A DNA stretch of 24,532 nucleotides, taken from contig JAUWWB010000001.1 of NCBI GenBank assembly GCA_030617085.1, positions 1 to 24,532 of the forward strand, given 5' to 3'. A program made the position numbers and the translations under genes. Positions 22,492 through 24,532 of this stretch are shown here, in pieces. This stretch comes from Candidatus Omnitrophota bacterium. GTDB lineage: Bacteria; Omnitrophota; Gorgyraeia; Tantalellales; Tantalellaceae. A model generated the notes under the pieces. It saw only the letters and a list, made by a program, of their open reading frames with translations. It made no database searches and was not told the DNA's origin. Position 1 is the stretch's first letter. Each line of letters begins with the position of its first letter.

Positions 22492-23703
22492 CTATTCGTA
22501 CCTTATAGCCTCCACCGGATCCAGCCGCGACGCTTTCCACGCGGGGTAGAGGCCCGCTGCCAGCGCCAGAAACATGGCGACGGCGATGATCGTACCGACG
22601 TCCGGCGCGGTCACCTTGACGGGTATTTCCGTAAAGTAATACACGTCGTTGGGGAAGACCGAGAACCCGGTAATCCTTTCGATAAAGTCCGCCGCTGCGT
22701 TGACCCTCCTGGCCAGGAAAACACCGCCGAATCCGCCAAGCATGACGCCTGCCAGGCCCGTCATCGCCCCCTGAAGAAGAAAAACAAGGCTTATCCCGCG
22801 CGAGTTGGCCCCGATGGCCCTTAGTATTCCGATATCCCTGGTCTTTTCCATGACCATCATCATAAGGGAGCCGGCGATATTAAAACAGGCGACCATGATC
22901 ACGAGCGCCAGCAATATGAACATCATCTTCTTCTCAAGCGCCAGCGCGGACACCAGGTTGCGGTCCATGTCCATCCAGCTTCTCACGACATAAGGGTATT
23001 TCAGCATGGACTCGAGGCGCGACTTTATCCCGCTTACCTTCATCGCGTTTTCCAGCCTCAGGCCGATACCCGTTATCTTCTGGCCTGTCCGGAAAAGTTT
23101 ACGGGCCGTCGGGAGCCCCACTACGGCCATGTGCGCGTCATAATCATACCGTCCCGAGGTAAAGCTTCCGATAACCTTCAATCCGCTTTTTTCCAGATCC
23201 GTCAGCGAATATCCCACGACGACCTCCACGGTATCTCCCACGGAAATCCTCTCGTTCTTCATCAGCTCGCTGCCCAGGATTATGGTATCGCCTTTGAGCC
23301 GCGTGGCCTCTTCCCCGGTATACCTGATCACTTCGGTGACCTTTGATTCCTTTTCCGTATCGATCCCTTTCAAAAGTATGCCCGTAACGGAACCCTTTGC
23401 CCTCAAAACCGCCTGGCCGGTCACAAAGCCCGCGGCGCTCTTCACTTCCGGCATCGACTCGATGCGGGATATCAACGCCGGATGATCGTCTATGCCCCCT
23501 TCTTTCTGCACGACGAGGTGCGCGTAAGTCCCGATGATCTTCTCGCGGACTTCGGCATCAAACCCGTTCATCACCGAAATAACGACAATAAGAGCCACAA
23601 CCCCCAGCGCCACCCCCAGCACCGAGATGCCCCCTATCAGGGATATCATGCCTTCTTTTCTTTTCGCCAGAAAGTATTTTAGGCTAATGAATGAAGTCCA
23701 CAT
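22492..23703 (-). CDS. lolE: Lipoprotein-releasing ABC permease, LolC/E family
   Basis: ISVLGVALGVVALIVVISVMNGF, MMVMEKTRDIGILRAIGA, YYFTEIP and LYPAWKASRLDPVEAIRYE. Confidence 0.9.
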   Translation of the reverse strand: MWTSFISLKYFLAKRKEGMISLIGGISVLGVALGVVALIVVISVMNGFDAEVREKIIGTYAHLVVQKEGGIDDHPALISRIESMPEVKSAAGFVTGQAVLRAKGSVTGILLKGIDTEKESKVTEVIRYTGEEATRLKGDTIILGSELMKNERISVGDTVEVVVGYSLTDLEKSGLKVIGSFTSGRYDYDAHMAVVGLPTARKLFRTGQKITGIGLRLENAMKVSGIKSRLESMLKYPYVVRSWMDMDRNLVSALALEKKMMFILLALVIMVACFNIAGSLMMMVMEKTRDIGILRAIGANSRGISLVFLLQGAMTGLAGVMLGGFGGVFLARRVNAAADFIERITGFSVFPNDVYYFTEIPVKVTAPDVGTIIAVAMFLALAAGLYPAWKASRLDPVEAIRYE

Positions 23704-23717
23704 ATTCCGCTCGCCAC

Positions 23718-24532
23718 CTACTCCGGCCTCATGTGCGGGAAGAGGATCACTTCGCGGATGCTTGCTGAATCGGTGAATATCATCGCGAGGCGGTCCATGC
23801 CTATGCCCAGGCCTCCGGCGGGCGGCATCCCGTACTCAAGGGCGCGTAGAAAATCCTCATCGACCATCACCTCGGGGTCTCGCTCCGCCTGCTCTTCGAA
23901 CCTCTTCCGCTGGTCAAGGGGGTCGTTCAGCTCCGAATACGCGTTCGCTATCTCCATCCCCCCGATGTACAGCTCGAACCTGTCGACGAGGCCGGGCGCG
24001 TCCTTCTTTTCCTTTGCCAGCGGGCTCAGCTCCTTGAACATGTCCACGACAAATACCGGGTGCGTTTCCGCCTCGGGCTCGACCAACTCGCCGACTATGT
24101 TTAAAAGCTGCGTCTTGCCGACCGTATCGCCTTCGACCTTTATGCCTTTCGCCCTGAGCTTGTCCACCCAGCCGTCCAGAGGTTCGTCGACCTCGATACC
24201 GAAGTTCTTCTCCATGAGCTCCGCGAACGACACCTTCTTCCAGACGGTCAGGTCCACATCCCTGCCCTGGTACGTGAACCGCTCCGTCCCAAGTATGGCC
24301 TTCGCCGCCGAACGGATAAGGTCTTCCGTAAGCCTCATCATGCTGGCGCAGTCGGAATAAGCCTCATAGACTTCCATCATGGTGAACTCGGGGTTATGCC
24401 TTGTGGAAATGCCCTCGTTCCGGAAAGAGCGGTTGATCTCGAACACCTTCTCAAACCCGCCGACGAGGAGTTTTTTCAGGTATATCTCCGGGGCGATCCT
24501 GAGATAAAGGTCCATGTCCAGCGCCTCATGAC
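23718..24532 (-). CDS. lysS: Lysine--tRNA ligase class II, C-terminal part (5' end outside the window)
   Basis: HEALDMDLYLRIAPEIYLK, motif 2 FRNEGISTRHNPEFTMME, RFELY, ANAYSELNDP and motif 3 GMPPAGGLGIGMDRL. The frame is open to the window edge. Confidence 0.97.
   Translation of the reverse strand, partial: HEALDMDLYLRIAPEIYLKKLLVGGFEKVFEINRSFRNEGISTRHNPEFTMMEVYEAYSDCASMMRLTEDLIRSAAKAILGTERFTYQGRDVDLTVWKKVSFAELMEKNFGIEVDEPLDGWVDKLRAKGIKVEGDTVGKTQLLNIVGELVEPEAETHPVFVVDMFKELSPLAKEKKDAPGLVDRFELYIGGMEIANAYSELNDPLDQRKRFEEQAERDPEVMVDEDFLRALEYGMPPAGGLGIGMDRLAMIFTDSASIREVILFPHMRPE

Noticed and set aside
1-24532. Autonomous mobile element, reverse transcriptase, prophage, rRNA or tRNA genes
   Set aside because: No transposase, integrase, RT or phage ORF, and no rRNA or tRNA-like sequence, was seen. 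Any enzyme responsible for the repeats must be encoded elsewhere.

Overview
A continuous minus-strand run of 22 housekeeping and envelope genes from a GC-rich diderm bacterium. Gene content is compatible with a PVC-like lineage such as Omnitrophota, but that is inference only. Order in transcription direction: lysS (partial), lolC/E, lolD, ilvE, mcsA, mcsB, clpC, AsmA/TamB-like protein, mlaE, mlaF, mlaD, PIN-TRAM (yacL), ispF, cysS, tmk, holB, ricT/PSP1, metG, TatD-radical SAM fusion, CPBP protease, mtnA, thiL. The coding content is mostly ordinary; the intergenic DNA is not. Nearly every gap over ~65 nt holds periodic repeats. (i) 7-nt tandem repeats begin at or overlap the stop codon of six genes and start just after that of a seventh. 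(ii) Three AT-rich elements are built of inverted arms of 10-nt repeats, whose unit TAG-TAA-TTCG equals the heptad TAG-TTCG plus one extra stop codon. (iii) GTAG-tagged and TGTC-tagged REP-like palindromes are nested in or beside the heptad tracts. One heptad-armed element still encodes a 21-codon peptide resembling, from memory, the N-terminus of four-helix-bundle proteins. This suggests the arms are remnants of a stop-codon-associated mobile cassette. A second candidate is an AsmA/TamB-like gene directly upstream of mlaEFD with no mlaC or mlaA nearby. No rRNA, tRNA, CRISPR array or transposase was found.
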